A stretch of 64,000 nucleotides of DNA from Rhynchocyon petersi (Eukaryota): contig CM091797.1 of NCBI GenBank assembly GCA_043290085.1, forward strand, positions 22,302,880 to 22,366,879, in the 5' to 3' direction. The position numbers and the translations under genes are program-made. The stretch's first letter is position 1; every line of letters begins with the position of its first letter. The notes below the pieces were generated by a model that saw only the letters and a list, made by a program, of their open reading frames with translations, had not been told where the DNA came from and did no database searches. Of the stretch, positions 46,590-56,412 are shown in pieces.

Positions 46590-46722
46590 GTATTAAAGGA
46601 CAAGAATGCCTCCTGGATCTGATTGCCACCTTTCTGGTACTCCAGTTTTTTTGCATCAACTTGAAAGAAGAAGGGCTAGTTTTCATATCACTGATGAAGT
46701 CAGATGGCCCTTCCCTATCCAG
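46590..46722 (+). CDS. VWA5B-like exon (x IKGQECLLDLIATFLVLQFFCINLKEEGLVFISLMKSDGPSLS + 2 nt)
   Basis: The acceptor is ttcaccttttag| and the donor is cc ag|gtgact. Only one frame is open. The peptide aligns to VWA5A WATILAVIWLHSNGKDLKCEWELL. It requires a 1-nt carry-over from the upstream exon, which conflicts with the phase-0 donor at 40157. Confidence 0.6.
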
Positions 46723-47134
46723 GTGACTTTATAAACTTTAACTATGAAGCTTTTCTTTCAACCATTTCTTAAATAAGTCTTATGAGATAACCACATGGAA
46801 TTCTTTTACTTATACACTATTTTTTTAAACTGTCATTTCATTGTATTTTCAGTGGAGGTTTTTACACAGCAGTTATGTTTCCGTTCAACAGTGCCCACAA
46901 CTTGTTCCGTTGCATTGGTTATAGTCTTCATAATGGGTGAACATTCTCATTGTTTCTGTTCTGCCTCCATTTATCTAGTTTCCCTACCCCCTTATATGCT
47001 CATCTTTGTTCCAAAGTGATTGTTGACAATTTGGTCTCATATAGGTGATTCTTTAAAGGATACTTACAGTGATGTTCATTATTTTGTGAGTCAGATTGTC
47101 ATTTAGTTTTAAGTTGGCTTCATGGGTGAAGGAA

Positions 47135-47322
47135 CTCTATCAGGCTACCAGTAGGGTGTCCTACTGGTAAGGAGTTGCCAATCCAAAGGCACTTGGTTCG
47201 AATCCACCAGCTGCTCCAAGAAAGAAAGATGGGCGATGCATTTACAGCCTCTGGAAACTTGCTGGAAGGCCAGCTATGAGTTGGTTCTGAATCAACAACA
47301 AATCATAACAACATGGGGTTTG
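47135..47322 (+). mobile_element. AfroSINE-type SINE
   Basis: ccagtagggtgtcctactggtaaggagttgccaatccaaaggcacttggttcgaatccaccagctgctcc...ggccagctatgagttggttctgaatcaacaacaaatcataacaac. Confidence 0.7.
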
Positions 47323-47989
47323 GTTCAAAGTTTGGAAGTCTCTCAGGGAAACAGTCTTGGGGCATCCTCTAGTCTCAGCCAGCCCAGTGGTGTAACTTTT
47401 TACGTGTAGGTGGTTGGGGTTTGTTTCAGGAATTTGAGGTCCTGTTTCATATTTTTCTCCCATATTTTCAGGGCCCATGTATTACAGCCCTGATTAGAAC
47501 ATTTTCTAACATTAGCCAGGCACTATCTAATTTTTTTTTAAATTATTACATCATTTTATACTTTTCATTACATTAGAATAGAGAATTGATTAGAATAGGT
47601 GATATATTGAACATTGCTCTTCCCCCATCCAGCCTGCCCTTCCACCAAATCCCCTCCTTTTTCTCCCTCCCTGATGCTCCCATCTCACCATTAGAGTTAA
47701 ATTTCCTTTTTCATTCCAACTCTGTTCATCTATTCTCTCACCCCTATTTTTCCTCGCCCCCATTTTTAATAATAGTGGACCTATACAGTATTGCGGGAGA
47801 AAGAGTGGATTCAACTCCTGTCTGAGAGATACTGCCTCTGGAAACTCTCAGGAGGGTCACTATGAGTCGGTCATGACTTGACGGTACACCCCACTACCAC
47901 CATACAGTATTTGTCCTTATGTGACTGGGAAAGTTTGCTCAGAATAATGTCCTTCAGCCTCGCCTATGTTTTATAGTTTTTAAAGAATA

Positions 47990-48560
47990 GTTCATTGTTT
48001 TTTAAATGCTGTATAGTATTCTATTGTGTGGCTGTACCACAGCTTCTCCACCCATTCATTCGTTGGTGGGCTTTTTTCATATATATACCAATTGTTAACA
48101 CTCTTTTTCAAGCAAATCTTTCTTTCTTTTTTTTGATGAGCTTTTGTGCTGCTCCCAACTCTTGCCACTGTGGACAAGGATGCAATGAATATATGTATCC
48201 ATACATCCAATTGTGTGTTCCTTCTGATTTCTTTGGGATAGTTTCCCAGAAGGAGTATAGATCGGTCAAATGGTAATTCCACATTTCGTTTTTTGATGAG
48301 GCACCAGACTGCCCTCCATAATGGTTGTCCCATTTTGCTCTCCCACCAGCAGTGATTGAGCCTTCCAGTCTCTCCACATCCTTGCCAGCATTTGCTTGCA
48401 GATCTATTAAACATTGTTTTGGGGCACCAGCTAGTTCTTCTAGGCTCAGGACAGATGAAGTTGTGGTGTGTTTAGACTTTATCCTGTGGACAATTTCTTC
48501 TTGGAATCTTTGTTTACCTTCTTTCCCTTTTTTTCTGGACAAGTAAAAACCAATAGTTTT
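47990..48560 (-). mobile_element. L1 ORF2 C-terminal fragment (minus)
   Basis: The minus ORF 47992-48414 reads MFNRSASKCWQGCGETGRLNHCWWESKMGQPLWRAVWCLIKKRNVELPFDRSILLLGNYPKEIRRNTQ...NEWVEKLWYSHTIEYYTAFKKQ. This is the L1 ORF2 Cys-rich tail. Confidence 0.9.
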
Positions 48561-48990
48561 CTCTTACCTGGCCACTCATAAACTTTTCAGACTCTAGACA
48601 CTATTCACCAAACTAAGATAAAGATACAACTTTATGAGCTACATTACACCAGTTGAGTTTTGAGATCAGCCATCCTCTCCCACAATATCTCATACAGTTA
48701 TAAAAATGGAGGAAACTGAGGCAGCCATTGTATGAGAGTTGTACAACACCATGCAGCTCATGTTAGTAGAATCAAGATTTGAACCCAGCTCTTCACTCCA
48801 ACACTATAGTGATGATCCTTGCCCAATTCACAGAGGGAAAATGTCAGGTAGATAGAATTTTCAACATGCTAAATTTTCCTCCTATAGAATTTTCTTTAAA
48901 ACTTTGGTGCCATTAATTATCTATTCTAATGTAATTAAAAGTATAAAATGATGTATTAATTTTAAAAAAAACATTGGTGCATATTGCTTG

Positions 48991-49188
48991 TTGGCCTTTT
49001 GGCTAAGATCAACTGTAGTATCTGATCTTATCAGTTTAATATCTGGCACTTCCTCTATCCGAGGACAATATAGTAAAAGGATTTTGGGAACGAGGAGATG
49101 GAACAGGACCTTGGCCCGTCCACTCCACGCATCAACCTGCTATTGCAAGTATCTCCAGGAACAGGGCATTCTGGGGGGGGGCACTTTG
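48991..49188 (+). pseudogene. U2 spliceosomal snRNA-like sequence, probably a U2 pseudogene
   Basis: atattgcttgttggccttttggctaagatcaactgtagtatctgatcttatcagtttaatatctggcacttcctctatccgaggacaatatagtaaaaggattttgggaacgaggagatggaacaggaccttggcccgtccactccacgcatcaacctgctattgcaagtatctccaggaacagggcattct matches canonical U2 (AUCGCUUCUCGGCCUUUUGGCUAAGAUCAAGUGUAGUAUCUGUUCUUAUCAGUUUAAUAUCUGAUA...). The branch-point-binding GUAGUA is intact. Substitutions are scattered, including in the 5' end and the Sm site. Confidence 0.7.
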
Positions 49189-49618
49189 GTGTAAGTTACC
49201 ACTTGTTGCACTCACAATTTCTACATGACATGACAAAGGAAGATGTAGAAAATGAACATTAGCAATTAATATTAATAATATGATGAACACAAAGCCAAAG
49301 TTGAGTTTTTTACGATATGCAGCTCTTGCTCGTCAGTTGTTACTGGTTTATATGATAGAAACAAATACAGTCCTCGAACACACTCACTGCTACTGAGTCA
49401 GAACCAACTCATAACTGACCATTTAGTGGGTTTTCCGAGGCTGTAAATTGCACAGGAGGAGACTGCCCATCTTTCTCCCACAGAGAGGCTGGTGGGTTTG
49501 AATGACCAGAGAGGTGTGGCCTTGGGCTAGCAGTACAACGCCCTGTAGACTAGACCACCAGAGCTCTTTACATGCAGTCCACACAATGCTAAGCAGGTAG
49601 AATTCCTGGCACAGCAGA

Positions 49619-49638
49619 GTGTGTGTGTGTGTGTGTGT
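49619..49638. repeat. (GT)n microsatellite, about 10 units
   Basis: It is a perfect run abutting the SINE. Confidence 0.9.
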
Positions 49639-49806
49639 ACCGTCGAGTCGTGAACGACACATAGTGACCCTCCCGAGGGTTTCCAGAGGCGGTATCTCAC
49701 ACGGAAGTAGAAACCACTCTTTCTCCCGCGGAGCAGCTGGCAGGTTTGAACCCCGTGCCTTTGGGCTTGCAGCGCAGCTCTTTCACCACTAGGCCATACC
49801 AGCTGC
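49637..49806 (-). mobile_element. AfroSINE-type SINE (reverse orientation)
   Basis: gtaccgtcgagtcgtgaacgacacatagtgaccctcccgagggtttccagaggcggtatctcacacggaagtagaaaccactctttctcccgcggagcagctggcaggtttgaaccccgtgcctttgggcttgcagcgcagctctttcaccactaggccataccagctgc. Confidence 0.85.
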
Positions 49807-50225
49807 AGAGTGAGCAAAAAGCCCAATTTGAAAAATGGTACTTGCATTGGTGTTTGAAGAACGGATAGGACTTAGATTGGTGAGTGTGGAAAGGGGATGA
49901 CAGCAAACACTTGGAAGCTGGAGGAAGCCGAATTATCCTTGATCCAGCAGGAGACACAGAAGTATAGTGTAAGTTAGGGACCAGTGGGTGTGATTATGTG
50001 AAAACTAATTAACTTGAATGTCAGTTGTCAGTAGGCTGATGGGAGAACTTTCTCAAAATGTCAGAGAATTGTTTATGTTCAGTGTTGAAGCGATATTTTC
50101 GTCTCTTAATTTTTGACAGAATTCTTTTGTTTGATGTAAGATGCTAGATTTCATGCTCTGTTGCATTTCACACGCAATTATATTCTGAAATCAATCTAAA
50201 GTCTATGATTTTTTTTTAAATCTAG

Positions 50226-50421
50226 GACTATTCCCTGTTATACTGAAGAAATAAAGAGAGCCAGTGAATGGGCAAGAAGAGCGGAAGGACGCTATCCATC
50301 TATCTGCCGGCGGCTGGAGCTGGGGAAAGACTGGGATTCTGCCACAAAGCAGCTGCTGAGAATCCAGCCCCTACACCCCACTTCTCCTCTTTACAGAGTC
50401 CTTAACAGCAATCACGGGTGA
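50226..50421 (+). CDS. VWA5B-like terminal coding exon (R TIPCYTEEIKRASEWARRAEGRYPSICRRLELGKDWDSATKQLLRIQPLHPTSPLYRVLNSNHG*)
   Basis: The acceptor is tttaaatctag|. It completes the 2-nt carry-over from 46722 as agg. The peptide aligns to the VWA5A C-terminus LERKAVAWMRAHAG... The stop tga is at 50419-50421. Confidence 0.65.
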
Positions 50422-50684
50422 CGGGGAATTTGTAGTTTAAACTTCTGCCATGCTCTCCTATAGGAAATAATCAAATACTAGTAGATACCTTTAGTGACAA
50501 TTAATTGTACTGTATGTACTTTATTAATTAGACCAATTTAAAATGGAAGAAGCATCACTTTAGCGAACTAACTAGTACTAATAAAAAGAAAGTATTACTG
50601 AATTTGTGTGTTTAAATGTTTTGTTTTAAGAGTGGCTCTGGAATCTTATTTTATTCTTTCTTTTGGGGAGTCTCTTTTTAAGGA

Positions 50685-50870
50685 GTTGGTGGTGGCCTGG
50701 TCCCTAGGGAGTTGTGTTGCTAACCCAAAGGCAGAACCTCTCTGCTGGTTTGAATCCACCAGTGGTTCTGCAGGAGAATGAGGGACAGTCTCCTCCCATG
50801 CAAATGATACACCTGGAAAACCGACTTGAGGGCCACCTATGTATGAGTCTGTCTGTTTCATGTTTAGGAA
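50685..50870 (+). mobile_element. AfroSINE-type SINE (degenerate)
   Basis: ggtggcctggtccctagggagttgtgttgctaacccaaaggcagaacc...ggtttgaatccaccagtggttctgcagg...gggccacctatgtatgagtc. Confidence 0.55.
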
Positions 50871-51289
50871 AATTGTCACCATTTGAAAGATTTGTGTAAC
50901 TCAATTAGGCAATCTTTTCCAAATGCCCACACTTCCAGCCTTGACCTTTCAGACTTAGGTTAATTTCCAGACCTCTCTTTGGAAGCATCTGACTCAGTCT
51001 GCCAAGCTTTTGATTACTTAGGCGAATATTTAATTACTTATGCTAACCATTGACTCTTTTCATGCCATTACCACTGCCTTAACTCAAATCCCCCTCATCT
51101 TTTACCTAGTTAGTCTCTTATTTGTGCTCAATACCAAACTCACCGTCAACCAGTCAGCCCCAACTCAGAGAGACCCTCCACTGGTTTCCAGGCTGTCAGT
51201 CTTCATGTGAGAAAACTAGTCATCTTTCTTGGACCGAGAACGCTGGTAGAGTTCAACTGCCTACCTTTCAAACTGGCAGCCCAATGTTG

Positions 51290-52300
51290 TTGTTGTCATG
51301 TGCCATTAAGTCGAGCATGACCCATATCAACCCTATCAGCTGCAGATCTGAAATGTGCTCTATCCTGCACCATCCTCACCATATCCCTGACACACTGGAA
51401 GCCGTCACTGCAGTCACTGTGTCCATCCATTTAGTCTAGGGTCTGCCTCTCTTTCTCTGACCCTCCACCTTTCCAAGCATCATGTCTCTTTCTAGGGATT
51501 GGCCTCTCCTAACAACGCATCCAAAATATATGAGGTGAAGCTTCACCATCCTTGCCTCCCAGGAGCACTCTGGTTGGACTCTTTCCATGGCATATTTATT
51601 TGTTTCTTTTGGCATTCAATGGGATATTGAGCACTTTTCTCCAACACCACAGCTCAAAGGCAAAAATTCTTCTGTCATCCTTAGTTATTATCCAACTTTC
51701 AGATGCATAGCTAGTAATTGAGAGGCCATGGTTTGGATCAGGTGTACCTTTGTCTTCATACTGACATCATTGCTCTTCAGTACTTTGGAGAGGTCTTTAA
51801 GAACACACTTTCCCAATGTGATGTGTCTCTTGATTTCTTGACTGCTGGTGCTAAGGATATTGACTGTGGATCCAAGTAAGATTAAATCATTGACAGTTTC
51901 AATCCTTTCTCTGTTGATTATGATGTTCCCTATTGGCCTGTTGGTGAGGACCTTGGTTTTCTTAAGGTTTAGCCATAATCCATATTGAAGACTGTAGTCC
52001 TTGAGCTTCTGTAGCAGACTTTTCAAATCCTCTTCACTTTCAGCAAGCAGTGTTGTGTCATCTGCTTATAGCTGATTGTTGATGCATCCTCCTTCAATCC
52101 TGATGCCATACTCTTCCTCATAGAGTCCCACTTACCCAACAGTTTGCTCTGCATACAGATTGAATAGGGATGGGGATAGGATACAGCTGCCCACCTTGGC
52201 CTTTCTTGATTTTGAAATATGCAGTATTCCCATATTCTGTTCAGACAGCAGTTTCTTGATCTAGCTAAAGATTTCACTGCAAACCCGACCACATTCACGG
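51290..52300 (-). mobile_element. RTE fragment (3' half, minus)
   Basis: The minus ORFs 51688-52026 (..LKKTKVLTNRPIGNIIINRERIETVNDLILLGSTVNILSTSSQEIKRHITLGKCVLKDLSKVLKSNDVSMKTKVHLIQTM) and 52023-52358 are RTE sequence. Confidence 0.8.
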
Positions 52301-52325
52301 TGCTAATCCAAGTATAATTAAGTGT

Positions 52326-54040
52326 TCTTGTTGTTGTGTGCCATTGAATCGAGGACAACTCATAGCGACCCTATGAAGAGCAGATCTGAAACTCGCCCTA
52401 TCCTGCACCATCCTCATCATCCCCAAAACACTTGAGCCCATTGCTGCAGTTACTGTGTCCAACCATCTAGTCGAGGGTCTGCCTCTCCCTCTCTGGTCCT
52501 CCATCTTTCCAAGCATGATGTCCCTCTCCAGGGACTGGCCTCTCCTAACAACATGTCCAAAATATGTGAGACGAAGCTTCACTATCCTTGCCTCCAAGGA
52601 GCAGTCTGGCTGGACTCTCTCCAGGACATGTTTGTCCTTTTGGACATGCATGGGATATTGAGTACTCTTCTCCAACTCCACAAGTCAAAGGCATCGATTC
52701 TTCTTCAGTCATCCTTGGTCATTGTCCAACTTTCAGATGCATGGCTAGCAATTGAGAAGACCATAGTTTGGATCAGGTGCACCTTTGTCTTCAAGCTGAC
52801 ATCATTATTCTTCAGTACTTTGGAGAGGTCCCTAATAGCAGCCTTTCCCAATGTGATACATCTTTTGATTTTCTGACTACTGGTGCTAGAGGTATTGACT
52901 GTAGATCCAAGTAAGATAAAATCATTGAGAGTTACAATTCTTTCCCCATCAATTATGATGCTCCCCATTGGTACAGTGGTTAAAATCTTGGTTTTCTTGA
53001 CATTTAGCCTTAGTCCATATTGAAGGCTGCAGCCCTTGAGCTTCTGCAGCAAACCTGTCAGGTCCTGTTCACTTTCAGTAAGAAGGGTTGTATCATCTGC
53101 ATATCGCAGGTTGTTGATGCATCTTCCACCAATCTTGATGCCACACTCTTCCTCATAGAGCCCCACCTCCCAAATAATTTGCTCAGCATAGAGATTGAAT
53201 AGTTATGGGGGTAGGATGCAGCCCTGACGCACACCCTTCCCAATCTTGAACCATGTAGTATTTCCAGGCTCTGTTCTGACTGCATGTGGCCTCTGGATCC
53301 AGGTACAGATTTTGCATGAGCACAATAAGGAATTCTGGAATTCCCATCTTCCTCAATGTTAGCCATAGTTTGTTGTGATCCACACAGTCAAATGCCTTTG
53401 CATAATCAATGAAACACAAGTAGGCATTTCTCTTATATTCTGTTCTTGCATCTGACATCGCAATGACATCCCTGGTGTCACGGCCCCTTCTGAATCCAGC
53501 CTGACTCTCTGGCAGCTCTCTGTCAATAAACTGTTCCAGTCATTTAAAAATAATCTTTAGTAAGATTTTGCTTGCATGTGATATCAGTGCTATTGTTCAG
53601 TAGTTTCCACATTCTTTGGGATTGCCTTTTTTGGGGATTGGAACAAATATGGATCTCTTCCAGTCAGTAGGCTAGATTTTTGTCCTCCAGATTTCCTGAC
53701 ACAGCTTTGTGAGCAAGCACATACAGGGCTGCATCTGTTTGTTGAAACACATCAATAGGTATTCCATCTATTCCTGGGGCTATATTTTTTGCCAGTGCTT
53801 CAGTGCTGCTTCCACTTCTTTCCTCATTACTGCTGGTTCTTCAACATAGTCTACTTCCTGGAATGTTTCCATGTCAGTCAATTCTTTTTGGTACAGTGGC
53901 TCTGTGTATTCCTTCCATCTTCTCTTGATGTTCATTGGGTCATTTAGTATTTTACCTCTTGTATCTTTTTCACAATGTTAGCCATAGTTTGCTGTGATCC
54001 ACTCAATCATATGCCTTTGCAGCCCAAAACATTATGCATA
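52326..54040 (-). mobile_element. RTE copy (RT domain through 3' end, minus), directly adjacent to the previous copy
   Basis: The minus ORFs are 52295-52681 (..LERVQPDCSLEARIVKLRLTYFGHVVRRGQSLERDIMLGKMEDQRGRGRPSTRWLDTVTAAMG..FRSALHRVAMSCPRFNGT), 52705-53166 (MGLYEEECGIKIGGRCINNLRYADDTTLLTESEQDL...KDD) and 53183-53458 (..AYLCFIDYAKAFDCVDHNKLWLTLRKMGIPEFLIVLMQNLYLD). The antisense continues to about 54040 with a short internal duplication near 53960-54010. Confidence 0.85.
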
Positions 54041-54079
54041 TATTATGCCACGCCCGCTACTCACCTCATTATTACATGG

Positions 54080-54268
54080 TCTCCAAATGGTGGCCCAGTG
54101 GTAAGGACTGGTGCTGCCAACCCAAACGCAGATGGTTCGAGTCCGCCACCTGCTCCGCAGTGGTGATGCCAATTCCCGTGTGATTTAATGCCCCTGAAAA
54201 CCCTCTGATGAGGCCGCTATGACTGTAGCTATGAGTCGGTCCCGACTCCACTTGGGTACCTAATAACT
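54080..54268 (+). mobile_element. AfroSINE-type SINE
   Basis: ggtggcccagtggtaaggactggtgctgccaacccaaacgcagatggttcgagtccgccacctgctccgcagtgg...gaggccgctatgactgtagctatgagtcggtcccgactccacttgggtacctaataac. Confidence 0.75.
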
Positions 54269-54289
54269 AATGGCTCAACCAGAAGGGAG

Positions 54290-55290
54290 CAGTTTCTTTA
54301 CTGTCACCTTTCACCAGAGCTGCAACTCGCACCGCTCATGCGCAGTCAGCTTCGCGCGTCCATGCCCAGCCCCGCCCCTCCAGAAGGCGGGGCCGTGATC
54401 TCCACTGGGCTGGAGAGCGCCACGCAGGCGCAGTCGGGAAGCCTTCGCTGAGCCTCGCCTACCTTTTCCTCTCGCGCGGCGGGTGGGCGGGCGGCTGCGC
54501 CAGTGGTGGTTGAGCGCGGTTGGCGCCTGCGACGGGGGTCCTGGGCCCCGGCCAGGGCTCAGCAGCACGGAGGTGCAGGGTATCGCCGAGGGCCCCGGGC
54601 TGGGCGCCGCCAGCAGCGTCCGCCTCGGGGCCTCGGCGGCTCCCGGGCCTGCTCCGGCCTGCGTCCCGGCTCCGGCGCAGCAGCTGACCCTGCTGGTGAT
54701 GCGCCCCTGCGGAGGGCAGGACGAGGTTGCAGCCGGGGGCGTCCTTCGGCCGGCGGCGGGCCAGCCGGTCCAGTACCTTTGCGACGCGGCGGGGGAGGCC
54801 GACGATGACGGGGGCGACGACGAGGCGGATCTTCTGGACACCTCGGACCCCCCGGGCGGCGGCGAGAGCACGGCTAGTTTGGAGGATCTGGAGGACGAGG
54901 AGACGCACTCCGGGGGCGAGGGCGGCGGCGGGGCCCGGGGTCTGGGCGGCGGCGCGGGCAGCACGAGCAAGACCTGCACGTACGAGGGCTGCAGCGAGAC
55001 CACCAGCCAGGTGGCCAAGCAGCGCAAGCCGTGGATGTGCAAGAAGCACCGCAACAAGATGTACAAGGACAAGTACAAGAAGAAGAAGAACGACCAGGCC
55101 CTGAGCTGTGGCGGGGCCGCCTCGGCCGCCAGCGCGGGGAGCGTCAAGCTGGAGGTACGAATCCCAGCGGGGCCGTGGGGATCGCCAGGAGGAGGAGGAC
55201 ACCCCTCCCCGTCCCGCTGTGAACCCCATTTCCAGGACCTCTGTCTCCTACGGGGCCAGACTACACCGCGAGCGCTGACCCCAAGGTCAA
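54290..55290 (+). promoter_or_regulatory. CpG island, the promoter and first exon region of the downstream gene
   Basis: It shows an abrupt switch to a GC-rich, CpG-dense sequence. GC boxes are present (ccccgcccc at about 54372, ggcggggcc at about 54386). SINE and LINE density drops, and the coding exon follows. Confidence 0.8.
54699..55154 (+). CDS. First coding exon of an unidentified gene (MRPCGGQDEVAAGGVLRPAAGQPVQYLCDAAGEADDDGGDDEADLLDTSDPPGGGESTASLEDLEDEETHSGGEGGGGARGLGGGAGSTSKTCTYEGCSETTSQVAKQRKPWMCKKHRNKMYKDKYKKKKNDQALSCGGAASAASAGSVKLE)
   Basis: It is a long ORF with strongly GC3-biased codon usage (aag, cag, ggc, tgc), unlike a random GC-rich ORF. ATG is in a gtgATGc context. It ends at ctg gag|gtacga, a good donor. 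The opposite-strand ORFs here are mirror artefacts. The start codon is uncertain, since the ORF extends upstream to 54483. Confidence 0.6.
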
Positions 55291-56249
55291 GTTTGTATGC
55301 ACGTGTTGCACCCGTCTGGTGGGCGAATGATTTTAAAGGGAAATGTGATACATCAGCGTGTCTGTCATTGGAAAGAGCTGGAGCAGACAGGAAATGATCG
55401 GTGTTATCACGAAAGGGGCGGGCATAGACTTATCCTAGGTGAAACTGGGATTTTGGAAAAGATGATGGATGGTCTTGGCTTCCTTACCTGTTGCCCTACT
55501 CACCGAGAGGTCAGCAGTTTGAATCCACCAGCTTTCCCGGGAGAGACGGACAGATAAGACCGTCTCCTATCCTTAAGATTAGAGCCTCCCGAACCCAAGC
55601 GAGGGTCGCTCTGAGCCAGAATCTACTTGCAGGCAGTTGGTTTGGGTTTTGTCTTTTGTCTTAGGGTAGCAGGGACCTTGGTTGTGCAGTGGTTAAGCGC
55701 TCGCCCCTAACTGAAATGCGTTTGATTGGAACTTGCTGGCAGTGTGCTACGGGACACATTACATCGTTGGAAACCTTTCAGCTCTCTCCTTTTGGGCCTA
55801 TAAGAGTTGGCATCCTCAGGATGGTGGGGAATTTTATTCTCAGGGCTCTAGTCCTTAGTATCCTGCTCTCACTGCCTCCTATTTTAGTACCAAAATCGTA
55901 GCACTTCTAAGGAGTTGAACCTTGAGGCCTGGATCTTAAAAAGACTTTGAGTTGATTTGAACTGTTTTGTTGGAGGTTAGCCAGTACTCTGGAGGTGAAC
56001 TTCAAGCAGGAAATGTACCTTCATTTGCTAGCAGTGTGGTCTTGAAGAAGCTGTTAAAACTGTCTAAGGCTCATCAGCTGCTTCATCTGTAGAATGGCCA
56101 TTAAAGTAGTATCTATTTCATAGTGTTGCTGTGAAGATGTGAGAGTCTAGTGTCCAGTAGTAAAATTCTGGAGACCTTAGCCATTATTACTGTTTATGTT
56201 ATTAACAAACCGGGGGGGGTGATTTCTGGGGGTAGCATGCAGTGGTGGG

Positions 56250-56412
56250 GTACCGTCGAGTTGTGAACGACTCATAGTGACCCTCCCGAGGGTTTCTGGA
56301 GGCAGTATCTTGTACGGGAGTGGAAGCCTCTCTCCCGCAGAGCAGCTGGCGGATTTGAACCATGTGCCTTCGGGTTGGCAGCACAGCTCCTTCACCACTG
56401 GGCCACGCCAGC
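56250..56412 (-). mobile_element. AfroSINE-type SINE (reverse orientation)
   Basis: ggggtaccgtcgagttgtgaacgactcatagtgaccctcccgagggtttctggaggcagtatcttgtacgggagtggaagcctctctcccgcagagcagctggcggatttgaaccatgtgccttcgggttggcagcacagctccttcaccactgggccacgccagc. Confidence 0.8.

Noticed and set aside
54311-55229. The minus-strand ORFs of 278 aa and 256 aa, and the plus-frame ORF 54503-54808, in the CpG island
   Set aside because: GC-rich DNA gives long stop-free frames on every strand. These are Ala-, Arg- and Pro-rich without codon-bias structure. The 278-aa ORF contains FFFFLYLSLYIL, which is just the reverse complement of the KKKKYKDKYK lysine codons. Only the plus frame ending in a consensus donor looks genuinely coding.
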